From the human T2T-CHM13v2.0 reference genome, Homo sapiens: a stretch of 64,000 nucleotides of DNA. Shown piece by piece: positions 25,449-38,222 of this stretch; the stretch's first letter is position 1; each line of letters begins with the position of its first letter. The DNA lies in NCBI RefSeq assembly GCF_009914755.1, contig NC_060947.1; one strand, given 5' to 3'. The notes under the pieces were generated by a model, which made no database searches, was not told the origin of the DNA, and saw nothing but the letters and a program-made list of their open reading frames with translations. The translations under genes were made by a program, and so were the position numbers.

Positions 25449-27480
25449 ATGAGAAAACTCATTGCAGGACTCATTTTCCTTAAAATTTGGACTTTTACAG
25501 TAAGGACTTCAACTGACCTTTCTCAGACTGAGGACTGTTCCCACTGTATACATCAAGTCACTGAGGTAGGACAAAAGGTTGCTATGGTCCTACTATTTTA
25601 TGGTTATTATAAGTGTACTGGAACTCTAAAAAGAACTTCTTTGTATAATGTTATTCTATACAAGGTATGTAGCCCAGGAAATGACCAACCTGATGTGTGT
25701 TATGACCCATCTGAGCCTCCTATGACCACAGTTTTTAAAATAAGATTAAGGACTGAGGACTGCTGGGGGCTCATAAAGGATATGAGTAAAGCGCTAGCCA
25801 AAACAGAAGAAAAAGGGGTGCCCAAACAAGTCACCTTAAAATTTGATGCCTGTGCTGTCATTAGCAGTAATAAGTTAGGAATAAGGTATGCTTCTCTGAA
25901 TTAGAAAAGAGGCTATATAGCAGAAAATAAGTACATCTGTCATAAATCAGGACTTTGTGGAAATAAATATAAATACTGGCCTTGTGTCATTTAGGCCACT
26001 TGAATTAAAAAAAAAAAAAAAGAAAAGGATCCAGTCCACCTTTAGAAAGGAAAAAATGGCCCTTCCTGTACTAAAGGACAATGTAACCCCTTAGAGCTAG
26101 TAATAACCAATCCCCTTGATCCTCACTGGAAAAAAGATGAGTGTGTGACCTTAGGAATCGATGGGGCCAGAGTGGATCCTCGAGTAACTATCTTGGTTCA
26201 AGGAGAAGTTTACAAATGCTTTCCTGAGCCAGTGTTTCAAACTTTCTATGATGAACTAAATGTGCCAGTACCAGAAATTCCAGGAAAAACAAGAAATTTG
26301 TTTTTGCAATTAGCCGAGCATGTAGCCCAGTCTCTCAATGTCACTTCATGTTATGTATGTGGAGAAACTGTAATAGGAGATCAATGGCCATGGGAAGCCC
26401 GAGAATTAGTACCTACAGACCCAGTTCCTGATGAATTCCCGGATCAAAAGAATCACCCTGATAACTTCTGGGTCCCAAAAGCCTCAATTATTGGACAATA
26501 TTGCATAGCTAGAGAAGCAAAAGAATTCACTCACCCCATAGGATGACTTAATTGTCTGAGACAGAAACTGTATAATGGTACCACAAAATCAGTCACTTGG
26601 TGGGGTTCAAATCACACAGAGAGAAATCAATTTAGTGAATTCCCAAAGTTGCAAACCGTGTGGACCCACCCAGAGTCCCACCAGGACTGGACAGCCCCCA
26701 CTGGATTATACTGGATATGTAGGCATAGAGCTTATGCCAAATTTCCTGACAAGTAGGCAGGTAGTTGTGTTATTGGCATTATTAAACCATCGTTCTTCCT
26801 ACTGCCTATAGAAACAGGCAAACTCCTGGGCTTCCCTGTCTATGCTTCCTGCAAAAATAGAAGCATAGCTATAGGAAATTGAAAAAAATGATAAATGGCC
26901 CTCTGAGAGAATCACACAATATTATCGGCCTGCTACTTAGGCACAAGATGGCTCGTGGGGATACCAGACCCCCATTTACATGATCAACTGAATCATATGG
27001 TTACAAGCTGTCTTAAAAATAATCACTAATAAAACCGGCAGAGTCTTGACTATTCTGGCCCGGCAAGAAGCTGAAATGAAAAATGGTATCTATCAAAATA
27101 GATTAGCTCTCGACTGCTTGCCAGCAGCTGAAGAAGTCTGTAGGAAATTTAACCTTACTAATTGCTGCCTACACTTAGATAATCAAGGGCAAGTAGTTGA
27201 AGACATAGTTAGAGATATGACAAAACTGGCACATGTGCCTGTGCACATGGTTCCCAGCACTAGGAGGATTTAAAACTCTTATAATAAGAGTTATAATAGT
27301 AACAGGAACCTGCTTACTGCTCCCTTGTTTGCTACCTGTACTTCTTTAAATGATAAAAAGCTTCATCGCTACGTTAGTTCACCAAAATGCTTCAGCACAA
27401 GTGTACTATATGAATCACTATCAATCTGTCTTGCAAGAAGACATGGTTAGTAAAAATGAAAGTGAGAACTCCCATTATTA
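25449..27480 (+). pseudogene. env: HERV-E-like env, disrupted
   Basis: MRKLIAGLIFLKIW signal region, [43 protein letters not shown]; stops and a TM deletion. Confidence 0.85.
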
Positions 27481-28389
27481 AGTGAGAGTCCCAAAGGGGG
27501 GGAATAAGAGAGGAGACCACCCCTCATATTGTCTTATGCCCAATTTCTGCCTCCAAAGAAAGAAAAAAGTAAGAACTAAAAGGCAGAAATGAAATCCACA
27601 AGCAGAAAGCCTGGCACCACACCCTGGGCCCGGTAGTTAAAGATAGACCCTTGACCTAATCGGTTATGTTATCTATAGATTACAGACACTGTATAGAAAA
27701 GCACTGTGAAAATCCCTATCCTGTTTTGTTCCAATCTAATTACCAGTGCATGCAGCCCCCAGTCACATACTCGCTGCTTGCTCAATCGATTATGACTCTC
27801 ATGCGCACCCCCTTAGAGTCGTGAGCCCTTAAAAGGGACAGGAATTGCTCACTCAAGCTCGGCTCTTTAGAGAGGAGTCTTGCCGATGCCCCCGGCCGAA
27901 TAAACCCCTTCCTTTTTTAACTCAGTGTCTGAGGAATTTTGTCTGTGGCTCATCCTGCTACACCACTTTTCCCCATTCAGTGTGATGTTAGCTGTACATT
28001 TGCCATATATGGCCATTATTATGTCACAATATGTTCCTTCTATACCGAGTTTGTTCAGAGTTTTTAATCATGAAGGGATGGTTAATTCATTCAAATATTT
28101 TTTGTACCTATTGAGATGATTATGTTTTTTGTCATTCATTCTGTTGAGGTAATTTACCACATTTATTGATTTGTATGATAAACCATCCTTGCCCACCTGG
28201 AATAAATTTTATTTGATCATGACGTGTTATCTTTCTAATGTGCTGTTGAATTCCCTTTGCTTGTATTTTGTTGAGGATTTTTTTTCTATATTTATCAGAG
28301 TTATTGGTCTATAATTTTTTTTGTTTATATCTAGTTTTAGTATAAAAGTAATTCAGGCATCATATAATCAGTTATGGAGAAATTGCTAA

Positions 28390-28693
<304 letters not shown>

Positions 28694-28740
28694 AATATTT
28701 AACATTTTTTAATAATTTGAGGAAAATTGGTAAAATTGGT

Positions 28741-28741
<1 letters not shown>

Positions 28742-28774
<33 letters not shown>

Positions 28775-29062
28775 ATGGAATGTCCCTCTTGTGCTCTTGT
28801 TGCCCAGGCTGGAGTGCAGTGGCATGATCTTGGCTCACTGCAACCTCCGCCTCCCGGGTTCAAGTGAGCCTCCTGAGTAGCTGGGAATACAGGTGCCCGC
28901 CACCACACCAGGCTAATTTTTGTACTTTTTTTTTTTTTTTTCAGTAGAGATCAGGTTTTGCCGCGTTGGCCAGGATGATCTTGAACTCCTGACCTCAGGT
29001 GATCTGCTCGCCTCGGCCTCTCAAAGTGTTGGTTTTACAGGTGTGAGCCACCATGCCTGGCC
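28742..29062 (-). mobile_element. AluS with a small internal deletion
   Basis: Long T tail, GACCTCAGGTGATC; the ATTCTCCTGCCTC segment is missing at ~28866. Confidence 0.9.
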
Positions 29063-29293
29063 ATTTATTTTTTATGAGTGTGGTAGAATTTGGCATCAAA
29101 GCCATACAGTCCAGGGCTTTTCTTTGTTGAAAGTCTTTCTAATACTGATTCAAACTTGTGACTCACTATTTGTCTGTTCACATTTTCTATTTATTTTTTC
29201 CTCACTCAGTCTTGTGGATTGTATCTCTCCAGGAATTTATACATTTTCTGTTTTTCAGTTTGTTATTATATAGTTGTTCATAATAGTCTCCAA

Positions 29294-29858
29294 TGCTGAT
29301 GAAAAGAGTCAAACTCTGTAAAATATTTAAACAGATTTATTCTGTTTTAAATGGACCATGATACAGCCTTTAGGAGCTCCTGAGAACGTGTGCCTAAGGC
29401 CGTTGGGGTGCAGCTTGATTTTACACGTTAGGAAGACATGAAACGTCAATCAAATACATTTAAGAAGTACATTGGTTAGGTCCAGAAAGGCAGGACAACT
29501 AAAAGTGGGGACTTCCATGTTATAGGTGGATTTAAACTTTTTCTAATTAGCCATTTGTTGAAGGAGTTATCAATAGAAAGGAATGTCTGGGTTGCAATAA
29601 GACATTGTAGAGACCAAAGGTTTAGCGTGCAGATAAAGCCTTTGGCTAGCAGGCTTCGGAGAGAATAGATTGTAAATGTTACTTATCAGACTTAAGATCT
29701 GTGTTGATGTTAATGCTGGAGAGGTATAATGAGGCTTGTCTGACCCCCACTTCCTGTCATGGCCTGAACCAGTGTTTCAGGGTAGAGTGCCCTTGACAAG
29801 GAAGAAGACCATTTAGATGGTTGGGAGGGGGAGTTCAGAAATTTATTTTTGGTTTACA
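29294..29858 (-). mobile_element. MER4-family solo LTR
   Basis: GAAAAGAGTCAAACTCTGTAAAATATTT (reverse complement of the MER4 LTR end) to TTTTGGTTTACA. Confidence 0.82.
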
Positions 29859-30928
29859 CGGATGACATTTCGTATGTTGTGACATCAATTGTGATTTCTG
29901 GTTTTGTTTGGGTATTTTCTCTTTCTTGGTTGGTGTAGGTAGTGATTTGCCAATTTGATTTTTTATTATTTTTTCCAAAAAAGCAGCTGTTCATTTCATT
30001 GAATCTTTATATTGTATTTTTAGTCTCTACCTTCAATTAGTCTGCTCTGATTCTATTTCTTTCCTTCTACTAATTTGATGTTGGGTTTGTTCTTCCTTTT
30101 CTAGCTCCTCGAGTTGCATGATTAAATTGTTTATTTGAAATTATTCAACTTTTATGAAGTAGGCATTTCTTGCTATAAGCTTTCCTCTTAGCACTGGTTT
30201 TTCTGTATCCCTTAGGTTTGGAATGTTGTATTTGCATTGTTATTTGTTTCAAGCATCTTTTTGATTTCTGTCAGTTTGTTCATTGACCCAATAGTCATTC
30301 AGGAGTATAGTGTTTAATTTCCAAAGTTCTTGTTGTAATTGATTTCTAGTTTTAATTCATTGTCATCTGTAAAGATACCTTTTATGACTGAATTTAAAAA
30401 TTTGTTGAGACGTGTTTTTTGGCCTAATGTATGCTCTATCTTGGAGAATGTTCCACGTGTCAAAATAAACAGCAGCAGGTGCCGCTGTTGAATAAAATAT
30501 TCTCTAAATGTCAGTTAGGTCTATTTGGCCTAAAGTGTACTTTGAATGCAAAGCATTTTGTTAATTTTCTATCTAATATGTCTAATGCTGAGAGTGGGGT
30601 GGTGAAGTCTCTGACTACTATTTGAGTCTCTATCTCCACTTAGATATGGTAATATTTGCTTTATGTATCTTGCTGCTCTAGTGTTAGGTGCATATATATA
30701 TAATTGTTATATACTCTGGCAAAATTGTATAAAAACCTTCTTTGTCTCTTTTTACTATTTTGACTTAAAGTCTGCTTTATTTAACATGAAGATAGCTACT
30801 ACTGCTTCCTTTTGGTTTCCATTTGTGTGGAATTTATTTTTCAATTCCTATACTTTCAGTCCATATGTGTTTTTACAGGTGAAGTGAGTTTCCTATGGGT
30901 ACCATAGGTACCATAAAGAAGTTGGGTA

Positions 30929-31061
30929 ATACATATATATATATATACACATATATATACACATATATATATATGTGTGTGTGTGTGTGTGTATATATAT
31001 GTATGTGTATATATATGTATGTATATATATGTATATGTATATATATTCAGCCAATATATAT
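30929..31061. repeat. Compound (TA)n/(TG)n microsatellite
   Basis: Directly visible dinucleotide runs. Confidence 0.95.
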
Positions 31062-33050
31062 CTTTAAATTAAAATTAAATCAATGTAAATTCAAGGTTAT
31101 TATTGATATAGCAGAACTTATTCTTGTCATTTTGTTAATTGTTTTCTGGTTGTTTTGAATATTCTTTTTCTCTTAATTCCTCTCCTGTTGTTTATGATTT
31201 TGGTTTGGTGGTTTTTGGTAAGTGGTAACATTTGAGTCCTTCCTCTTTATTTGCATGTGCTCTACCAGTGTGTTGTATACTTCAGTGTGTTTTCAGGATG
31301 ATAGATATCCTTTTGCTGCCAGGTGTGGGATTTCATTAAGCATTTCATGTAGGGCCAGTGTAGTGGTAATGAATTCCCTTAATTTTTGCTTGTCTTGGAA
31401 GTAATTTATTTCTTCTGAATTTATGAAGGCTTACTTTGATGAGCATACTATTCTTGAATAGCAGGGTTTTTTTTTTTCTTTTTCTTTCAGCAGTTTAAAT
31501 ATGTCATCTCATTTGCTCTTGACCTGCATGGGTTTCTCCTGAAAAATTCACAGTGTGTCTGACGAGGATTCCTTTATATGTGAGTAGATGCATTTATCTT
31601 GCTGTTTTTAGAAATCTCTGTCTTTGACTTTTGACAGTTTGACTTGGAAAAAAACTTTTTGAGGTGTATCTATTTGGGGATCTCTGAGCTTCCTATATAT
31701 GGCTGTATAAATTTCTAGACTTCAAAAGTTTTTAGGTATTATTTTGTTAAACAGACTTTCTATGCCTTTGCCTTTCTCTTCACCTGTGGAACACTCAAAA
31801 TTTGAATATTTGATTACTTTATGGTGCCCCATATGTCAAATATGCTTTATTTATTTTTTATTCAGTTTTTTTTGGTGTGTAATTTCAAAAGATCTGTCTT
31901 CAGGTTCTATAATTCATTCTTCCAGTTGATTTAGTCTAATTTTGAAGCCATCAAATGTATATTTTGCATTTATTGAATTCTTTAATTCCAGGGTTTCTGT
32001 TTGCTTATTTTTAAATTTATAATATTTATCCCTTTGTTGAATTTCTCATTCATATCTTGAATTGATTTTCAATTTTTTGTGTTGTTAATATGTCTTCTCT
32101 TGTATCTCACTGAGCTTTTAAATATCATTTTGAATTATTTTGACATTTCATACATTTCTTTTTTTATTGAAGCTTGTTATTTGAGAATTATTTAATTCTC
32201 TCGAAAGTGTCATGAGTTTGAATTTTTATTAGAGAGTTGAATCATTTGACATTTAGAGAAGTGTTAATTTGCTATTTGCTTCTTGTATGTCTTATGCTTT
32301 TTGCTTAATTTTCTATTGCAGCCTCCTTTCGTGTTAATACAATTTTGTAGTGATGTCTTTATTCCTTTTTAATTTTTTAATAAATATTCTGTCTATATAT
32401 TTATGTTTACCATAGGGATTACATATAATATCTTCATGTTATAAGAATCCTCTTAAATTAATATAAACTAATTACATACAAAAGCTCTTCTCTTTTACAG
32501 CCCCTTATCCTTCGCGGTTTATGTTTTTGATGTCACAAATTACATCCTTATGTATAGTGTACCTATCAATGCATTAATAATTTTTTGCATGTTTCTTTTA
32601 AATCTCTACCAAAAAAGTGGGGTCCAACCCAAAATTACAATACTACATTGATGGATGGATATTAGTTATATATCCGATTTATATGTATATATAAAAATAG
32701 ACTTTATGGATATTATATATATATTATATATATGTTTATATATGCACATTTGCCCATGTATTTACCTTTACAAAAGCTATATCCTCATATATCTTTTAGT
32801 TACTGTCTAGCATCTTTTAATTAGAACCTGAAGAATTCTGTTTAGCATTTCTTGTAGGGCACCTCTAGTGGTCATATGCTTTCTTGGTTTTGTTTGTTTG
32901 AAAATGTCTCATGTCTTTCTCATTTTATATTTCTTTCTCCAATTTTATTCATCAGTGTTTTATAATTTTGAGTACACAAATATTTCACAGCTTTGGTAAA
33001 ATTTATTCCTATTTTATTTTTATGCTAATGTAAATGGTATTGTATTCTTT

Positions 33051-33355
<305 letters not shown>

Positions 33356-33416
33356 TGGAATTGTATTCTTAATTTCCTTTTCACATTCTTAATCATCACT
33401 GTATAAAAATGCTACA

Positions 33417-33735
<319 letters not shown>

Positions 33736-36700
33736 CTACAGATTTTGCATGTTGATTTTGTATCCTGTAAATTTACTCAATCTGTTTATTATTTCTAACA
33801 GGTTTTTGATGGAGCCTTTAGGATTTTCTCTATATATAATCATGTCATCAGCAAACAAGGAAAATTTAACTTTGTCCTTACCAATTTTGATGCCTTTTAT
33901 TCATTTATTTTGCCTAACTGTTCTGGCTAGTACTTCAAGTACTATTGTAAATAGAAGTGGCGTAGAAGTGCTGATTAGACTTCCTTGTCCTGTTCCTGAT
34001 TTTAAGAAAAACTCAAATTTTCATTATTGAGTATGAGGTTAGCTGTGGGTTGTCATATATGGCCTTTATTGTGTTGAGTTACATTCATTCTGTACCTAAT
34101 TTGTTGAGAAGTCTTATCATGAAAATATGTAAAATTTTGTCAAAATTTACTGCTAAGTCCATTTGGTCTAAAACAGTTCAGTACAGTGGCTCCTTTTTCA
34201 TTTTGTGTTTCACTAATCTACCTGTTGTTAAAGTGTGATATTTAACTACCCTACGATTATTGCATTGCAATCTCTCTCTCCCTTCAGATCTAATATTTGC
34301 TTTACATATTTATGTGCTGTGAAATCGGTTGCATCTATATTAAAAGTTGTTACATCACCTTGATTTTTATTTATATTGACCTTTTTAAATTTTTAGTTTT
34401 TTTACTTAATGCATATTTTGTCTGTTATAAGTAGCTATCACTACTCTCTTTGGTTTCAAAGTCCATGGAATACATTTTTTCATCACTTAACTTTTAGTCT
34501 CTGTGTGTCCTTAAAGTTAAACCTCTTGTAAGCAACATAGAGTTGGGTGTTTTATTGTTTAATCCATTCAGGCCATGGGAAAATTTATTTATATTCAAGG
34601 TAATTATTGATAGTAAGAACTTACTGCTGCCATTCTATTCTTTTCTGGCTGTTTTGTAGATCCTTTGTTTCCTATTTCCTCTCTTCATGTCTTCCTTTGT
34701 GATTTGATGGTTTTCTGTAATATTATGCTTTAATTCATCTTTTTCTTTTGTATGTCTAATATACATTTTTGCTTTGTAGTTACCATGAAGGTAATGTAAA
34801 ACATCTTATAACAGGGTTGGCTATACTTATATCAGACCTTAATATTGTCACCTGAATGATCCTTGTTGGCAAGACCTGTGGGAGATCTTCAGTATCTGTG
34901 AGGGGTGTCAGTAAACTCATCTGTGTCTCTCTGCCCAGTAACTAGGCTCTAGGGCTGGCAATCATGAAGGTTGCAGCCAGTGATGTGTACATGTTTCACT
35001 GCAGAAGCTAGTTGTAATCATGAGCGTTCCAGCACAGGCCACCTAGAGGGCTGGGTTCAGAGGTATGAGTTGAGGCTGAGTATGAGTGCACATGTGGCAG
35101 TGCTTGCTGTCAGCTTGCACATGAACGACTGAACAGGCCATCTGAGGTTCAGCAGTAAGATGAAGTCATGTGTGCATGCATGGGCAGCTTCAGGAATAAG
35201 CTGGAAGTGTGCACACGTGTGCAGCTCCAGGAGCCAGCTGTGTGTGTAGGCAGTATTTTGGAGGCAGGAGACAAGAGGCATGGCAAGGTGCTTGTTCAAG
35301 TTCAACTGTGGGGCTGGGCTGGCAGTGTGCAACAGCCTAGCTTCAGTGGCCAGCCTTGGGTGTGCAAGATGTTGGGGCTAGAGCCTTCAGCAGGGGCCCT
35401 GGGACTATCTGTGGGCACAAGCACAGTAGCTGCACTGGGTCTCTGGGACAAAGCACCTGCAGAGGCAGCAGCTGGGGTGACTCCACAAAGGAAGAGTCAT
35501 GGTTTAGTCACCTGGAAAATACCAATGGATACAGTAGTGAGTCACCTAGTTGGGCTAACTATGGTGAGAGTAGCTCAGGTGGCTCTAGGGAGGGGAGAGG
35601 AGGAAAGAGAAAGAAAAAAAGAGAGAGAGAACATCATCTGGTCAGGTATCTGGTGACTGTCAATGTTGCTTGATGAGTCCCTGGGCCCTGGTGACTGCAG
35701 CAGCAGCAGTTGTGACTCTGGGTGACTCCAGGAAAAGGGAGTGTCTAAAGTACATGGAGATGGTGAAGAAAAAATACTGCAGGGCCTTTGGTGGCAAAAA
35801 CTACAGAGGGTTTTCTGCTCTTTTGTTGGCAGTTTTCCTCAGTGGTGAAAGCCGCTAAGCTCCTCTGTAGAACAAGTCAATGATGTTAGTAATCAAGAAC
35901 ACGGAGTAGTTGTGGGCAATGATTGCTGCAGGGGCTGCACATCCACCAGGAGGGTTGTTGAGGTCCTCAGTGGAGATGTCTGCTAGAATCCTGTGCTGAG
36001 CAGACCACTAGGGTTCACTCTGAGACTATTCACATGGCCGATACTGATTGAGCCTGTCCCCCTTCTTTTTCTCTGCCATATCCAGATGTCTCAGCCATAG
36101 CATTTCTCCCACTGATCTGTGTGGAGTGAAACTGAAGCTGTCATTTGGGCAACATTCCAAAAGCCCGAGGAAGCTGGTTGTACATCCTCCTTTTCTTTTC
36201 TGTGCAAGGTGGGCAGGCATGCCAGAGAGTTCCCACTCCATGCTGAGAAGTGCCAGCTTGAGGAATGGGTTAATGCAGGTGAAATGAAATGATTTTTTTA
36301 ATACTTTTTGTGTGGTTCTTCTCAGTTTTTTTTTCACTGTATTTCAGAGGCTCTTAAGTGGACCCCTAAGCTCTTCCATTTAGTTTTATTCACAACAAAT
36401 TGTTGCTCTTTGTGGGAACAGGAAGGCTTGATTGCAGACTCCACCATATACTGATGTAATTATTTTCATAAATTTTTAATTACAAAAAAGATTTAAGAAT
36501 TTTTTTGAACATAAACTCTGGTATGCCATCTGCAATGGAAATCATATTTAGTCTTTGCCTTTAAGAGGCTTTCATGTATTCAATGATTGACATAAGTCAA
36601 TAGGCAATTACAATACAAATGTGAGTATACAGTGCTACGCAAACACATGAAAGGGACATTTATCATATTCCAATGGATAAGAAAAGGCTTACCTTAAGAA

Positions 36701-37213
36701 GTGACATCTAATCTGTGAGTAAATGGGAAATGAAGGAAAATCGTTTAGGCAGAAAGAGTGCCATGTTTCAACATCCCTAAGACCAAATGTGGTAAGACCA
36801 TGGGGATTTCCAGGAATTGAAGTAGTTAAGGATTGTTTTGAGAAGTAAGACTAGATAAGTACCTCTTAATCAGATAGTGAAAGGCCTTGGCTAGAATTTT
36901 AGAATTTGGAATTATTCTGACAGTTATGGGAGCTCATTGATAGGTTTTAAACAATTAGACACAAATATTTATTGAGTGCATACAATATATAAGTATTATA
37001 ATAATTGCTGCGTGAGAATGCAAAGGAACTCTATTATCAAGTTAAAGACAAAAGAGACATGGAAAATAACAAGTAGGTGCTAAAATGTAAGTAAGTGCAA
37101 AAGAAGCTAAAAAAAGACATCACTGGGGCCAGTATCAGTCAAAATTTTCTAACTGTCTTTTGTTTCTAGCCTAGTGAACTTTTTGGGAAACATTATTTTC
37201 ATAGATTTTTAGG

Positions 37214-37321
37214 CTTACCGTCTGACAATCAGTCATCCACAGAGTCTTTCATGATTAGATACTTCACCACAAGGTGGGAATCTCAAAGGCTTCTTTTATA
37301 TAGCCAGGGGCTTGGCCTTGG
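37214..37321 (-). promoter_or_regulatory. Candidate TATA promoter, short first exon and splice donor
   Basis: Minus strand: CCAAGGCCA (37321-37313), TATATAAAAG (37302-37293), candidate start ~37275, exon end ACG|GTAAG (donor 37218-37214). Confidence 0.45.
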
Positions 37322-38222
37322 GGCTGTTTTGAAAAAACAGTCATAATAATCTCTCATCATTTATGACTACTATGTGTATTTTTTATGCAGACCTTGGTAT
37401 TTCATCCTTGTACTAGGTAGAAAATCTTAAATTTTTCCAATTGCCTTTATGTTTATTGGTAACAATCAGTATGATCTACTATACTATGGTGTACTAAACT
37501 CACATTCCTGGGAGGCCATATTTTGAAGATCTTTTTTCCTGTTCAAGTTCCATGGGATAAAACACAAATGTATGTCCTTCAATAAAATAATTTTACTTTA
37601 AGATATTTATATTGAAGTAAAACTTTTGCACAGGTGCAAAAAGAAATATATTCTAAAATGTTTATTGAATACTGTTTGTGGTAGCAAAAAATGACATAAA
37701 ACTAAAGTAAAATGGATTAAATAAGTATATTATTTTCATAAAATGGAATATTTATACCTCAGTCAGAATTGAATGAAGTAGTTTGATCTGTTAGAATGAA
37801 AGGGAGAAAAGAACGGAACAGAAGCAGCTCAATGGCAACACAGATTTATTGGGAGAAAGACCTGCGGAGAGGGGGTACCAGCTAGTGCCAGAGCCCCCTT
37901 CCCGCTTACAGGCTGGACCAGTTACAGTCCCGGGCAGGAGAGGTCTGGGATTGTTGTGAAAATGGGGTGGGGGCGGTGTGTTTGGCTGCTGATAATGAAG
38001 GAATTTAGTGCAGCCAGGGGTTAGGCCTGGGACCTGCCTGACAGGATGTTTCTCACAGCTCAGGCCCTGGTGGAATTTTCCACTCTGACCAGTTTGTAAA
38101 ATGGTAGGGGTCTGCAAAATAGTGCAGTTTGGGCTAACATTCTTATTTCTTACTTTAGTATAAAAAGGAAAAAGGGCGTCGTTGATCATCTGGCTGCTTC
38201 CTGCTGGATAGGGGCGTTGTGA

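Larger units (their letters stand above)
20304..27962 (+). mobile_element. Harlequin/HERV-E-type mosaic provirus with two LTR2 (20304-20775, 27505-27962)
   Basis: LTRs begin TAAG(G/A)GAGGAGACCACCCCTCATATTG and end CCTGCTACA; TSD CCAC at 20300-20303 and 27963-27966; degenerate tRNA-Glu-type PBS at ~20780-20796; PPT AAAGGGGGGGAA at 27493-27504. Confidence 0.93.

Noticed and set aside
25449-25904. 151-aa signal-peptide ORF as a possible secreted truncated Env (suppressyn-like)
   Set aside because: The rest of this env is heavily decayed and nothing in the sequence indicates selection or expression; an open stretch of this length fits neutral decay
30892-30916. Short palindromic CCTATGGGTACCATAGGTACCATA
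   Set aside because: Possibly another micro-templated scar, but too short to separate from chance in a decayed L1
35168-35656. 162-aa ORF
   Set aside because: Lies in a degenerate L1 5'-like region, has no recognisable domain, and runs through simple GA repeats
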